NCBI GenBank assembly: GCA_030141605.1
Contig: JAQGDQ010000400.1
Location: 62,001 to 126,000, forward strand
Direction of reading: 5' to 3'
DNA from: Tubiluchus corallicola
Lineage: Eukaryota > Animalia > Priapulida
Length of the DNA: 64,000 nucleotides
The position numbers and the translations under genes are program-made. Below the pieces are notes generated by a model. The model was not told the origin of the DNA. It saw only the letters and a list, made by a program, of their open reading frames with translations, and ran no database searches. Of this stretch, positions 1 through 14,398 are shown piece by piece; the first letter of the stretch is position 1, and each line of letters begins with the position of its first letter.

Positions 1-409
1 GATGAAATGTATGAGCCAAATTCATGATACATTTTAATATTTTAGTAAATTTTGGTGATCAAATTTAGCTCTCTCCAAATACGAGTTTTCTGACCTAGCT
101 TTCTCCTTATTTGTACATCTGCAGTAACTACAAAGCAACAGTTCTGTTCATTGTGAATTGTTGACACACAATGTTCTCTTATTATTTGCTTTAGTAAGCT
201 AAATGATTAATTTACTGTATGCTCTGCTTTTATGTAGTATGTATGTTGTTTATAAAACGTTAACAATTTAACATACTGATGTGTTATGCAGGATAGAAGA
301 GATGATAAGTTGAGCACATTAATAAAAATTTCAATTAAATAAATAAAAATTTAATAAGAATTAAAAATAAAAGGCTGTGACACCACAATACAGTCATTAA
401 CAATTGCAC

Positions 410-581
410 CTTTCAGTCTTTTTTGCAACAATTCGTTCCATGCCATCCGAAGCCTGACAGCCTTGCCAATGATAGTGTGAGCTTGATCAGAATTTGTTAA
501 CGTCACTTTTAGCCATTCATCGAATACTAGCTGCAGAAGATCAGCACTGGTGTCCACTGCATGGCTAAATAACAGCAAAAT
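410..581 (-). CDS. DHX34: DHX34 coding exon 16 (ILLLFSHAVDTSADLLQLVFDEWLKV...LRMAWNELLQKRLK)
   Basis: ttttttcag acceptor at 582-583, phase 0 matches exon 15; resembles human [23 protein letters not shown] as recalled. Donor at 408-409 (GTGCAA) is weak, so the end is less certain. Confidence 0.85.
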
Positions 582-946
582 CTGAAAAAAGACTTACAGA
601 GTCAAAAAGAAGAAATTTCAATTTATGCCTAGCAACTGTAGAAAATTTGTCCTAATATATACTTTTACCTGGTGCTTATGTAAAAATGACATTAAATAAT
701 ATGTTGAACATTTGCCCAGTTGATAACATTAGATTGTAAAAGACTAAAGAAAAAAGGCTTCAACTCAGAACAATGATAGTAGATATACAGAAATGTTTAA
801 ATTATTAACACAAATTTTCGATTGTTTTATGTTGTCTTCAAACATCAGTGACCGTGGCTTAGCTGCAACGCAAGCGTGTGGCGCCTCTCTGCGGACGGTT
901 TCGTGGCGTCTGCTAAACGAGCACAGCGGCGTGGCTTTCGCTCATC

Positions 947-955
947 CTATAAAAT
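947..955 (+). promoter_or_regulatory. Candidate TATA box of the sarcoglycan gene
   Basis: cTATAAAA in a locally CpG-richer patch (850-1090), upstream of a putative non-coding exon ending at the GTAAGT donor at 1273. Confidence 0.3.
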
Positions 956-1846
956 AATCTTTGCTGTTGCCTGGTTAATCTAAACTGGGCAGGCACTGCG
1001 CATGGTGAACCAACCGCTCAGTTTTTGACCAGAAGCGATAACGTTACCACACGTTGCTGTGAAGTGAGAAGATTGCAAACGTCGTGTGTGTTTCAAAGAA
1101 ACTCAGCAGCACTAGCTCTTATAGTTATAGTGTTAAACTGCAGCTGCTGCACTCAGTTAATGTGCTCTACAGACAACGTAATAATGGAAATGCTGGCAAT
1201 ATAAAGTTCATTTTTAAGACGTGGCATAATTACGAGCAATGATGATTATTCAGTGACATGCAAGATAAACTTGTAAGTTATAACTTTCAGCAATGGATGC
1301 CAAATCTATCAAAACGTTATAACTATAATGTTGCAATGAAACAGGGTTTGTGTAAATGACATTTGTTGTTTTATCATACAACAGGCAAACCGAAGTACTA
1401 TAAATTTAACCGTTTTAGTTAACTGTGTGCATAGGGCTCGATGAAATACAATTAATTTTGAAATCAAGCTAAAATTAAAATAGTCAAAGCTATAAGTAAA
1501 CCTTTTGCCACATCACCTGTATGGTTTAGGTCGTTGTAGTTTGTGTTATAATCTGTTTTCAAAAATAACTTTTGTTATGTGTACATGATATAAATTTGAC
1601 ATTAACACTTACGGCTGCAAGTCTTCCTGCAAACTGTTTTTAATTCATATTTGATAAAAACTTTTAGGCCACCAGATACCCTGCTCAACAACCTGTCTTC
1701 GTTGAATTTTAAAAAGTAGTTTATATTGTAAGCTATAGCAACAATATTAAACTATATTTACTAATAATCGAGTGTGAATCAAATTATGCCAAGCAACATT
1801 ATAGTAAGCTTTTCTTAACAGCTGCTAACTAACTGAAGTGGTCAAG

Positions 1847-2023
1847 ATGGGAAGTGGTCAAGCACAAGAATACGGAACGTCTGTGGGACAGAGGAAAACT
1901 CAAATTGGTATCTATGGCTGGAGGAAGAGATGTCTTTATTGCTTTCTTCTTGTACTTCTAGTAATGATCATTATAAATCTGGCCTTGACAATATTTCTGA
2001 TGAAGGTCATGGACTTTAACATG
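1847..2023 (+). CDS. SGCD: Sarcoglycan (gamma/delta/zeta family) coding exon 1: cytoplasmic tail and TM helix
   Basis: [12 protein letters not shown] motif then hydrophobic TM; acceptor at 1820-1821, ATG 1847, donor GTAAGT at 2024, phase 0. Confidence 0.93.
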
Positions 2024-2461
2024 GTAAGTAACTATAGATTTCCCTGTGCGCGTATCCACAATAGCATTCACCAGTCAACAGGTGCATGAACATATGTGAT
2101 TAATTCACCTGAAAATGCCTAACATCTCAGGTTCACAACACAGGTCTGTAAATTGAGGATAGAAACAGCCAGGGCTGTGAATAGCATCGTTGGTGAAAGA
2201 AATTCAAGAGTAGCTCCCCGTTAACCAATTCTACAGCCGTAATCAATAACGACTTTTCAGATAATTACCTAAGCTAATGCAGGAGTAATTATAGGATGTG
2301 TTCGGTTGTTGGTGCACGGCAGCAGGAAACTTATTTAGATTTAAGCTTCAAAAATTGCCAGGAAAATATGATTAGGCATTTGCCACTAATCTGCATATCC
2401 AATTGAGTTTATGAAATGCTTGATTGCATGTACATGTAATAGGAAATCACACGCTTTTAAT

Positions 2462-3080
2462 TGTCAATCAATCAATCAATTTATTTCACTCCAGCAATAC
2501 ATATACAATACATCAACATACAATATTATTGAAACAAAAAACTGTATAGGTAAAAAAACGTTGATGAAGTCAAATTAACCAAATAAAAGAGTTGCTGTAT
2601 GACACCTAGAAAGCTTAGCTTGTTAAGGTGGCACAAATGAGTGAATGAAAAAATGGTTAGGGTTAGTAGACATGATGGAATGAAAAAATAGTAAGATTAG
2701 GGATAGGAAGAAGGAAAAGAGGAGAAGAAACGACCACAGCAGCTTTCTTACAATTGCAAATACAAATTCTTCTGTAGTTCTCATATTTATGAAACAATTC
2801 TAATTTTATTTGCTATGATACTGTGCAAATAGTAATACAACTTGGCACATCACATCATTAATTACAATATGGAATGAACTTATAGCCAGTTAGAAAGGTT
2901 ATTACATAGGTTCAGTCTTGTAACCTAGGTTATAAACAGCTTAAACCTCACGTTAGTATTACAGAGATTGAATGCAGGTTATGCTTCTGAGTTGGTATGT
3001 GTTTTGTATGTGTAAACACCAATATTGCACTTAGTGACATCGTTCTGAATTGTTATATTAATTATTATAAAACTTTCTTT
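2462..3080 (-). mobile_element. Degenerate LINE (L2/CR1-like) 3' end
   Basis: On the minus strand, AATAAA followed by an (ATTG)n tail; short hairpin near 2600-2630. Confidence 0.35.
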
Positions 3081-3350
3081 TTTATTCACATCCATAAGCT
3101 GGTAAAACAAAATTAGACATTTACCACTAATTTTACAGCCAGGTGAATTTTTTTAAAAGGATGACATTAAATTGGAATAAGAAAACAGTTTATTTCAATT
3201 ACATATACACTTGTTTCTAAAGTTTTCATATTTATGTGTGTATATGTAATCATAACTGTATCGCCGGTCTGATACCTTTACTGGCTTATAATTAATAACA
3301 GACTTAACAGACATACTGGTGGTTCCACATACTACTTTGATTATGGTGGC

Positions 3351-4013
3351 GTGGAGTGCGCCACTAGCCTAAGCAGGACACTTCCGCTAAAGCGCATGTG
3401 CTAAATTTGCGGAAAAGAAGTGTTGTACATGGGCAGCCCAAGTAGGCACTGGCGATTTCTGTCGAGAACCGAGAATTATCACAAAATAAAACCAAATTTG
3501 TTTTATAAAAAAAAGTAACTGTATAATAATGATGGATAGTTCTTGACAATTTACAATTGTATTTTTACAGTAGTATCATAATTTAATATTAGCTTCATTA
3601 ATATTATCATAACATTAAACTAAGTATCTAAAGAGAGTCCAAGAGGTAGTGAAACAGATCACCAGACTGTGAAGCGAAACGAAATAAAAATGAAATATTT
3701 TAAGCAAATGTTGGAATCGCCTAAAAAGCAGGCTTATTTCACTTCAAGACTAAAAATTTAATATTGTACATTTTACTAGCTCAGAATAAGATTCTTGTAT
3801 TTTATCAGACGTATAATAAATTATTCAACGTGTCTTGACATTTTCAATTATTATTATAAAATAAACAAGGACAACGGATGCTGCCAGTAGAGTTAACGAC
3901 TCAACTCGTGAGCTGTCTTTAGTGTCCTACTTGGGTAGCCCTAGTACGATGCATCCTACTAGTTCTAACCCATGTAGGCCAATTGTCCTACTTTGGCTAG
4001 TGTCCTACTCCGC
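3351..4013. mobile_element. Non-autonomous DNA transposon/MITE, family A copy 1
   Basis: Imperfect TIRs of GGAGTAGGACACTAGCC type with subterminal TAGGACAC repeats; homologous to 54749-55486. Confidence 0.75.
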
Positions 4014-6073
4014 TCCCAACATACGGAAAGTGATTATAAGTGCCTGGTTTACTACTATGGGTGAGATCAGCTAAGTCCAGCTAAACAACCAGAAGAAATT
4101 TATAAAACATGTTTTCTGTGAACCATAAAAAACCATAGACAACATTTCAGTGTATGGCTGAAGGAAGCAAATAAAAATGAAAACATGAAAGACAAGATAC
4201 TAGGGGTGATGAGGTAAAAGCTAAGTTACTGGTAATTCAAGAAAAGTTCACATTTAAGAAATTATACAAATTCTCAAATGAATCACTCCGGAAACCCATT
4301 AGTCCTTGTGTGGTGTAATTACAGGCTTAAGTGAATGAGATACAACAGCTATAAGTAGTGTATCACATGTAGTATGTAGCTACTATTGTTGGTCAGTCGA
4401 TAGTATTGTGGTTTGTGGACCCCTGAAAACCAGTGCTGGTACAAACTTATGATTGTTTGCATAAGATCAATGCAAACTTCTGTCATAAATAGTTCATTAG
4501 TTAGGCAATGCTTATTGTCAAGTACCACAGTTGTATGCTTAAACAATTGCTTACATGAACATTAATATAATGAATACAATAGCAGTTACTAAAGTAACTC
4601 GTTAAATATTCATATGCCATCTATTACACTAACAAGCTATTGTAATGCAACATTAGCAGCAAATCAAATCATTAGTATGAGATGATGTATGATTGTACGG
4701 TTTGCAACAGACAATCGCTCACTAATGGAAACCTTACTGTTGCAGAACTTGTTTAATTAGAAAACGTTAATGCCTAATGTTGTTGTAATTCAATTCTCAA
4801 GTGAATTCAGCTGAGAGCAAGGCGCTTTAATCGACCATTCATGTTTGTGCGCCAGCGTATCAAGTGCTGCTACAAAACTAACTCGATAAATCACGCTGCA
4901 AAGAAACAGATTTTTAGTGCTGTAACAGATCCGTAATGGCAATTTTTAATGCAAAATTGTGAGAAATTGCAACTGACTCTAGGCTTTCATAAATACTACA
5001 ATGCCTCAAGAGTTTAGTGCCAAAACATAATAAGGTAGATAACAACGAAAAGTAACTGCAATGCACCCTGGCTATTCAGTTACACGTGCACTCTATTCAG
5101 GTCGGTAGTAATAATAATACATCCGTGATGTGTATCTTCCACTGATCCCAACAATGTATGCTGTGTAAACAAACCCTAATATGAGTATGCAAAAAATGCA
5201 TAGCTGCTAATGTTGCTTTAACTGTACACATCTCGCTATATGAAAAACAGACAACGGAAACTGACTCAAAAGCAACACAGGAACATTTTTATAACTTTAC
5301 TATGAAACAAATTTGGATATTAATATTTTGTAACAAAATCTTTTCAAGGGTAAGTGACAAAGTGGTTTGCACTAAATTGGGTTGGCATTTTGTGCAGAAG
5401 GTGTTACTAGATTTTGCTCAGTGCTTCATCTTAGCTCAAAGTGCAAGCATGGCAATACTCCATTCAGAATTGGGGACCAGGCATGCATTGTAAGAAGATT
5501 CCCAATACCATTTCACAAGCCATTATACTCCCTGAAGTCTAAATAGTTGTGGTTGTGATTAGGTCTGATGGTGTGGCACAAAAAATCTACATTTCAGTAC
5601 AATTTACTAAAGGGTTTTTGTCATTTAAGTGGCTTAACCCTCAAGGATAATGGTTGTAAGAGACTCGCCTGTAAATACTTTACAATGTTACACTGAGAAA
5701 ATTTTTAGCAATGTGCAGAATGATTTATGTTCTGTCCCCTGGGAAGAAGGCTAAAGTGGATCTTTTTCACAAATTCAAACTTAGAAAATGTGAACGATTC
5801 CTCTTATCACAGTCTGCAGCATGATTTGCAGTACCTGGGAACAAATCAATATTGTAGTAAGAGGCAAGCTAAGATTATAATAAAGTGCTTTGTAAACAAC
5901 CTGGCGAAGCGAGCATGATGATAACGAGGGTTTTATTGTGAAAACGGCAAATGAATATTCTAGCCAGATTTAATTAATGTTTTTGCAGGACGTAATTTTG
6001 CAGTGTAATAATTGATTTCTGAGGATGTGTATGCACTGCTTTGTTGATGAATTGGCAAATCACGATAAGAGAA

Positions 6074-6310
6074 TGAGTCAACTTTTTTATTTCACTGATA
6101 TTTTTCAAAGTTGAATTAATTAAGCACAAAATTCATTAGTACAGGCAATAATGTGAGTTAACTAATGAGTGAAGAGTCAGACCTACAGCCACGAGTCAAC
6201 TTTTTTATTTCACTGATATTTCTCAAAGTTGAATTAATTAAGCACAAAATTCATTAATACAGGCAATAATGTGAGACAACTAATGAGTGCAGAGCCAAAC
6301 ATGCAGCCAT
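6074..6310. repeat. Tandem duplication, unit about 119 bp
   Basis: gagtcaacttttttatttcactgata...ctaatgagtg occurs twice back-to-back. Confidence 0.85.
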
Positions 6311-9300
6311 AAATGGCCTGTAATGGCACTAAAAAGTAGATTTTTTTTACTTTTTTACATTTGACTGTGCTATTAAATACAAAATATATTAAATAGAAAA
6401 TATGTAAGTCTGTCGCATAGCAAATTATTCCACAAAAGACTGATTTTCATAGCTATTTTGGCATGTGTTAATATCTTTATTTGGCTTTTGGTCTTGCAGT
6501 TAGTAGATATATATACCCTGGACTTTGTTGAAGCTGGCTGAACTAGAGGCATCTCTTGAAGATTTTTGTTTGTGTTTAACATGTGGTTGTTTCATAATGG
6601 GTGTGTTGAATGATTAATGAAATCAATACATGTATAGAGTGGTTGCACCGCATTATTAGCTTTTGGGATGGAGTGGTCTATGGAGAATGGCAGCTGTTAC
6701 ACATGAGAAAAAGTCAAAAACTTGGACTCCATTACGTATTACAAAGTCAATTAATTAATGAAATTGCCCCTTAAAATTTCATTAGTAACAGCAACATTAT
6801 ACACGATTAATTGTCGAACTGCCTCTTCGTACGTTTCAGCTCGTGCATCAAGCATCTCATGTGGAACATTTTGGCAGCATGTTATACCAAGTCTCATTAA
6901 AGAAGGATTAGAGCTTTGTTAAATATAAACACATAATCATAGGCCGGGAAGCAATTCTCTAATTCAACTCTGGCGTACTCCGCTTGACGTCACACCGCTA
7001 AATTTACTAGATTAGGGTCACAAATTCACTTTCGCTGCTGCAAAAACACGGACAAATAAGGTTAAACCTAACAAAGCCTCTTCCACTCGACAGGACCGCC
7101 TTTATCCAAAATTACTATACATTCAGTACATTAATTAATCAAAGCAATTCAGCTGACCAAAGTCCAACTTTCACTTAACAGAGAAGGTGTTGTTCCGATA
7201 CCATCTCCCTGCATGATCCTTACTCTTGCCCTGTGTGAACTGCATGCCTTGAAAGCTTATGGATTAGAATTGTAATAGAAAACTAGTGACTATCTATGAC
7301 TTGTGGCAGTAACATTCGACCCCACATTACCTGGGATCGAGACTTTTGTATTCAGAGTGAGTAAGGTGGATCAACTGTACATAATTAGGTAGTCTTATTT
7401 AAAGGAAATAACACAAATTTAGTACAATATTAATTACAGTGATTTCTAAAAACAACATTATTGGTACATGAAGATTTAATAACACAAAAATGGTAAAAAT
7501 TGGGCGGTTTTATAAAAGAGCTAATTTGTTTAAAATTTTGACCAAAAGTTTACTGGTCATAAAAGTAGTGTCAATAATAGCAGGTTAAAGCGAAGAGTTC
7601 ATTTATAGTTTGAAAACTTGAAATGAGGAAAGTAGTGTCATTTTGCACAAATTTTGTATGATTTTTCAAAAATCATTTTTGGTAATACAGCTGATATAAC
7701 TCCATATCAGTTAATGCCAATTTATAACTCCAGTATCAGCTAATACCACGGCAGTATCAGCTAATGTAACTACAGGAGACAATTTGCAATAGTTTATATA
7801 AATAACCTGACTGATTCTAATTCAAAGCAAAACAAATGAAGACATGTAAGTTTGCTACACTATAAGACATATACAAAGCTTGAAGCAGAACGGAAAACCA
7901 AAAGACTAGTTTGAATTAACAGAGACTAGAGCAAGTAACCAATGTGAATGAATGCAGGAAAATTTCATTTCTCAGATTTTGAATTTGATTATAGCTCACT
8001 AAGCTCAGATGCAACAAAGAGTACAATACAAATGGCTCAGCTGTAAGAACTTACTCAAGGGGAAACATCTCTTTTACTGTTGGCTAGGAAGTCTGTAATC
8101 CGATGTTATTAACTCACAATGTAACTCAACCGCGTACGCAACTTTTTTAAAAGGTTGCTTAGCGACTCGAATTTGAAATAAAAACTCCTGTAATTTTGAG
8201 TTCTTTTCCTGGTAATTCTTTCTATACAGTATGTACATGTATTTGGATGAATAGCTGGAACAAATAACACGTCATGCAGACTCATGCTGTTCACATAAAC
8301 GCTATGAAATTTGAATGAAGGACTGTGTGGATATCTTATGACAAAAAGCTCTTTAACGTATTGAGTTTTTCGACCAAAATGATCACCCAAGTATTGCAAG
8401 AGCTTTATTTTTACCGTGTGGAGAAAAACAAGCCTAGCACATTGTACCGCACATGCTTTTATTACTACTCACAACACCGAGTAGACTAAATATAATAGAC
8501 GTTCAAATAGTGCTTAATGAACAGTCGAACACAAGCACCAGCTCCAATGTGTTTTGATAAATAACACACGTTAAACACCTCAGCCATCTGTCAGAAGCAC
8601 GTGGATTAAATTTCTAGCGCCACTATGAATAGCTGGCGAACAAAACAAAAACGGCAACAGAGAGATTCGATAAATTGGTAAAGAATATCCTGCTGACTGA
8701 ATTAAAGTGTACAGAGCTGCGTGTTTATTTTGTGTGTATAAAAATACTCGCTGCAGATACGATTCGTACCTTTAATATTAATTGGTAATGACGAAATAAC
8801 AGCCTAGAAGCTGTAATTGTTTATGGTTACTCCTAAATATTTGGAAATGTTCTAATATTTCGATAAGCCTTGATGGTGATATTCTATCAAAGAACATGGT
8901 TGTTCTACTTTGTAATACAGTAGGGCAAATTAAAAAAAAAACGTCACACATTTTGCTCATCTCTTTACCAATGAGTTTTATGCAGTTTTCGGAGAAGTAA
9001 ACAAAAATAATGCAAAAGTAACAAAAAGAGTCTTTGTGACGCAAGTCCAGTCTAATAGTGTATTCAAAAGATGAGTTTTGAAGTCCAATCATGCCTGTTT
9101 CATGGCTTGATGTCTTTAATAATTAAATGGGATCTCTGATCCTGTTCTCATTGCACCCACTTTGTCAAGTGTAAGATATGTTACTCATATTTCAGAAAGG
9201 AGACAGTGTCACCTTTGTTACTTTGCATTTGTACGCTTAGATCAATATTGAAAGGGAAGCACACTGTTGGAAAGGCACGCAGCTCGTGATAGGGATGCAT

Positions 9301-9929
9301 TAAAGGCTTAGTTTGGCTTGTAGCTATATTGCAGCGCTATATAAGATAAGTAGGCGTGAAAGAATTACATATCTGTGTATGCGAAACTGTTTGGGTGCAT
9401 TAAATATTGAAATTAACAGTCTAAATTGTAAAATTAATGTAATTTCTGTGTAGTGCAGAGGAATGCAGTATAATACGATGTAATACAGATAGCTCAGTAT
9501 ATAGTGTAGTACAGTCAGTTTTGTACAGCCTTTAGCTGTGACTGAGTCTGGTTAGGTGATAGATTGATGACCACTGGCAATGACAAGTGGTGCTGGCAAA
9601 CTACTGTATATATATATATATATACAATATATTCAATGTATATACAATATACATATATTCTATATATACATGTATATTCCAAGAGATGTTATCTGCCATA
9701 CTGCTTCTGGTTATTTACTCCTTCTTCATTGAGTAAGGCTAATCGAATCCTGGTAATGTTCTGTATCTTAGAGGATTATCATTGTTAATTTGTTAAGTTC
9801 CAGTTCTGCCTCCTTGAGATATATATACATCAGTTTGCCTCAAGGTGCAAAACTGTACAAAAGCAAAAAGTAACCGTCTACAGTATACTATACAGCTGAG
9901 ATAATATTCAGTTCAGTGCAGTACAGAAT

Positions 9930-10165
9930 AGTACAGACGTAAAACAATGCAATGCAACACAATATAATCACAATATGTATACATCACAATGCAGTACACA
10001 GCAACGTAATACAAGACAATATCCGCTAAGCAACAAAATGCTACAGCAAAACAATGCAATGCAACACAATGCCAACAGAGTACAGTACAATACATCCCAA
10101 TAGAGTACAACAGCAACACAAGCCAACACAATACCCGCTAAGCAAGAAAACGATGCAGCATAACA
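9930..10165. repeat. Degenerate pentamer (AATAC/AATGC) simple repeat
   Basis: Recurrent caata/caatg/cacaa units. Confidence 0.6.
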
Positions 10166-10769
10166 GCAAATTATACTCTTAGGAAAAGTATCTAAGTACT
10201 ATCCAAATTCAGCCTAGTGTAAGAAAGGCCAGTTTATATAAAACACATTGTTTACGTAAAAGTAACTGTAAACATCGGAAAATAATACGTTTATAGTAGA
10301 GTAGCTACTCCAGTGGTAAAAAATCAATATTTCGGTAATATGATGCTGGTGGCTGTCTGTCACTTATTAGCAGTTTGGTGAGAAATTTAGAAAGCATTTG
10401 CTATCTTTAGGAAATGTTGTCTGTGTGGGCTTCGAGCGCGTACAGCTTCAAAGTTCTGCTGCAGATGAGTTCATTAATAGACGTACAGTGGGAAATTGAT
10501 GAAAAAAACATGTCAGCATAAACACCCTACAAATGAATCGAACAGATGTAGAAGGAGCAATAAGATACTTTGTCTTGTAGTTTTTCAAATTAGCATAATA
10601 ATCTGACATGCTGTGAAATGAAGAGTTACATTAAATAGCAAACATGTTTTCATAAGAAAAGCATATACGTAACTTGCAAAATGTCCGAATTTCCAATATG
10701 ATAGACTATGAACCTAATTTTTGAATTTTAGAAAATTAAATTCATTACCAGATTACATCTATTGTCAGC

Positions 10770-10912
10770 AAAAGCAAGAAAACAGGCTTTGAATACAAAA
10801 TTTTTGTAGCAAAAAAGATGAACTCTACAAAACAGGCTTTGAGTAAAAAATTCTTGTAGCAAAAAAGATGAACTCTACAAAGCAGGCTTTGAATAAAAAA
10901 TTCTTGTAGCAA
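10770..10912. repeat. Tandem repeat, about 50 bp x 3
   Basis: caggctttga...ttgtagcaaaaaagatgaactctacaaa repeated. Confidence 0.75.
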
Positions 10913-12185
10913 CTTTACAAAGGAGGAGACAATTTTTACAAAATCCCGTGTAACGAAGCATCTGAGCTGGCGTGTTGAATTAATGAAAAATCTGTGATCT
11001 ATGGTTGTAACAGTGAGAGTCAACCATGGCCTTCTGCGTCAGAACTGTTTGAAATTACACAAAACATTTTGTAATGAAATGGCAAAATTAAAACACTAAT
11101 TCAGTGTGTAGGAGTAAGATAGTCGTGTTATTTTATTTTTTAATATTATTACTAGTTGATACCTCGAAAGGCAGATACTTACAAAATATTACAGGTCACA
11201 CAACACATCATCCATTTAAAATGTAATATCTTTCCTGCAGCTTGGTGCTTATCATTTTAATATGCGGTATAAATACCAGAGATAAATTACCCAGCATCAA
11301 GTAACAATTAAGGTTTTTTTTATTGCTTGAGAATATATTTGCACAACTTTTCACACAGGTTGTTTTTCTTGTTTAAGCAGCTATGAATCAAAACTGTGAC
11401 AAATGAAAGAGTAGAAGTTACTACTATACAACACCATAATTACTATTATTTGGTAATGTAAAAAGAAAATGCAATTTTTGCCAAGCAGTATTACAATATA
11501 CATGTAACTACGTCAAGTTTGGCAGTCCAGCGGGATGAAGTGAAATCTGCAATATCAGTCTTGTATGAGACAGGAGTTCACACACAGCCGCTGTGGAGTT
11601 CTGTAAGGAATGTTGGATTATCAGGCAACTAAAGCTCGTGTTTAATAGTGAGCGTGTAGCCTGATTCAAGTCCATGATGTATGTTGACTATTTGTTAAAA
11701 CGTTGCCCTATTGGTCTGGGCTTTTAAGCTCAGCTTGTAGCAGATTATGCGTGCTTTGCATGCTCCAGCCAAGCCCAGTGATAAATCTTAATCTTAAACA
11801 GTTCAGTAAGAATCGGCCAGGAGCAAAGTTAAACATTTCTTCCGAGTGCTCTAAAAGTATCAAACGATTTTTTAAATGCAAAAATGATTGTAGCAAAATA
11901 GTGGAAAAATGGATACAACAAACCACGCTTTCTGGGATGAAAATTTCCGATTTTATTACTAACTGATAAAACGTTCTCTTGTTCAGCAAAATGTACAACA
12001 CAGCTGGGAATCTATCTTTCTACACCAATGTAGTTTTCTGTGTTCATCTTGACAAAATTCAGTCACGCTTATTTTGTTCTGGCAGTAGCAGTAACCGCTT
12101 TCATATCATTTTTCTAATCCGCACGTGCGCGTGATACTATATCATCACCTGTGAATTGATTTTAGTTACTTACTACCATGATAAT

Positions 12186-13499
12186 CAGGGCACTTTATTT
12201 ATGACTTTTCTTGCAAAATAGTCATAAATAGTCATAAATAAGATTTCAAATTTGTCATAAATAACGAAAGAAAAATAATCATTTCCCGAAGAATGGAACA
12301 AAAAATTCAGTACAGAAAACTGTTTCCACCGTCTCTCTCTCTCTCTCTCCCACACACACAGGCAGTCCATAAGAAGCTTGCGCGTGACTGTTTGGTGGAC
12401 TAACACAGTAACTGAGACTGTCTAACTGATGCGTTTATCTGTCATTAACTCGTCTAGAAGCAACCTAAATAATAAAAAGTAAATGAGCGCGTTACCGCGA
12501 AAAAATAAATAGGCACCGACAGAATCGTTGTCGTTCCATCGAAAATTTGAATTAAAGACAGCTTACCTATTTTAATGTCCTAAAGTTCTACCGCCTCAAA
12601 CCTACGCTCTGCACAATAACAGAAATCTACACTTCTAATTCTTTTCTTTGCACGTTCATTTCAGTGCCTTTCTCATCCTAACGGCGTTAGGTGTGAGCAT
12701 TCTCTACCAGAACGCGAATTCGAATCGAACCGAATTTGTGACTTTCGAATTCGAATCGAACCGAACTTCGATGCTCACCCCTAAGCGGCGTAAGTCAATG
12801 GCTTGGGTGTAGGTTTTAGCTCGAGTTTGCCGCAAGCGTTTCCCGTGCCTTACTGCCTCATCCTCAAGAAATAAGAATAATGCCGTCTGCTAGAATTTGA
12901 GCATATTTTATCTTTGGGAGAATTTGTTGCTTCATTGTCATTAAAATTTAACTGTTTTTCTTGTTTAGTTATTTTGCTTAATGCAATTTTAATTAGAAAA
13001 CATACGTGACGGTTCCCTAGAAAGATGTAATAGCCAATAGTATTTTCCAACATTAAATTTAAAATCGATATTTAAAAAAATACATTATTTACTTGTACTA
13101 ATTGTGGCTACGAATTGTGACTGTACGAATTAATTAATAGATTGATTTTTATGAGCAGTAATTTTATAGGTCATCCTAAACAAATTAAAACCGATACTAT
13201 AATTATTATAAACACGATCACGGATTTCAGTCTGGAGGGATGCCTGCATGCAAAACAATACGAGAAACTTCAGGCCTTGGAATGATGAAAGTAGACATTT
13301 TTATTACATTTTAATGTAATGAAGAACGAAGAAAGGCAAAATACAAGATTCTGATTAAAAATATGTATTTCTTTTAGCTCAGGATGGCATTTTTGGTCAA
13401 AATTTGACACGTCATAAATAGTCATAAATAAAATCTGAAATTAGTATTAAATAAGCTATTTATGCAATTTATGACTAAAGTCATAAATAAAGTGCCCTG
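12186..13499. mobile_element. hAT-type non-autonomous DNA transposon, 1.3 kb
   Basis: TIRs CAGGGCACTTTATTTATGACT / AGTCATAAATAAAGTGCCCTG; perfect 8-bp TSD ATGATAAT. Confidence 0.9.
12688..12783. mobile_element. 96-bp hAT-like mini-element nested in the 1.3-kb element
   Basis: TIR TAGGTGTGAGCAT / ATGCTCACCCCTA; TSD AACGGCGT/AGCGGCGT (7/8); internal TTCGAATCGAACCGAA twice. Confidence 0.7.
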
Positions 13500-14398
13500 A
13501 TGATAATCCTTAATAATCTTCCTAGCTAGTCAACCTTACACGACAAAGAGAAAACGCCCCTTCGCTACTAAGTCAGCAAGCAAGCGAAATTTTATTCAAG
13601 ACTCTAAAATGTCCATAATTACCTATTTATGATCACATACACACATAATATAAAATTGTATGGAAGTAGCAAAATTGAAATTAAAAATAGTGTATGATTA
13701 AAGCTATGGAAAGCCCAGTAAAAGGTTACCGTGTCACTAGGAGTTTACAGAACTTAGTAAAATTGAAAATGTTAACTGTTAACGACTGTGTAACACAAGA
13801 AACTTCAGCAAATATTGTACACAATTGTTATAATAAAATAACCAGAATGCTTAACATAGGCACTTTTAGAAGTACATACTACACGCAAGCTTAGAGAAAG
13901 AAATAAACCACTTGAATTATGTAAAATGAGAAAATTCTGCTGACACAAAAATTTTGCGGTCGTATAATTCACAGGCGTAAAGCCGATTACAATATCTGGC
14001 AGGTCGACTTGACTGCAGGCTTACTGCCAGGGTTAGGCAGCATGCTTTGCAGCTAACGTGCACTAGATGTTTAGACAATATAAGGAGAAGGTAAACATCA
14101 ACAGCCATGTTTGTTTACCGTTTGCCTAAAATAAAAGACGCAAAAACGGCTACGCAAATATGCAGCTTGTCATCATTGTACACCGTAAACAGTAATAAAC
14201 CAGAATTCGTCAGCCAAAGACGTTTGTCTGTCATTACTGTGTTCCAAGATTCTTAGGAAAATTTCGCGGTTTGGCTTTTCGTATAAACAACAACCAAACG
14301 CGACGACAGCCAAACGTAATTCAAAAGCTTTTGTGAAATTCCGCAGAGAGCTCAGTTTATTCAATTATTATTTTTTAATTCTGCTGATTTGATAGTAT

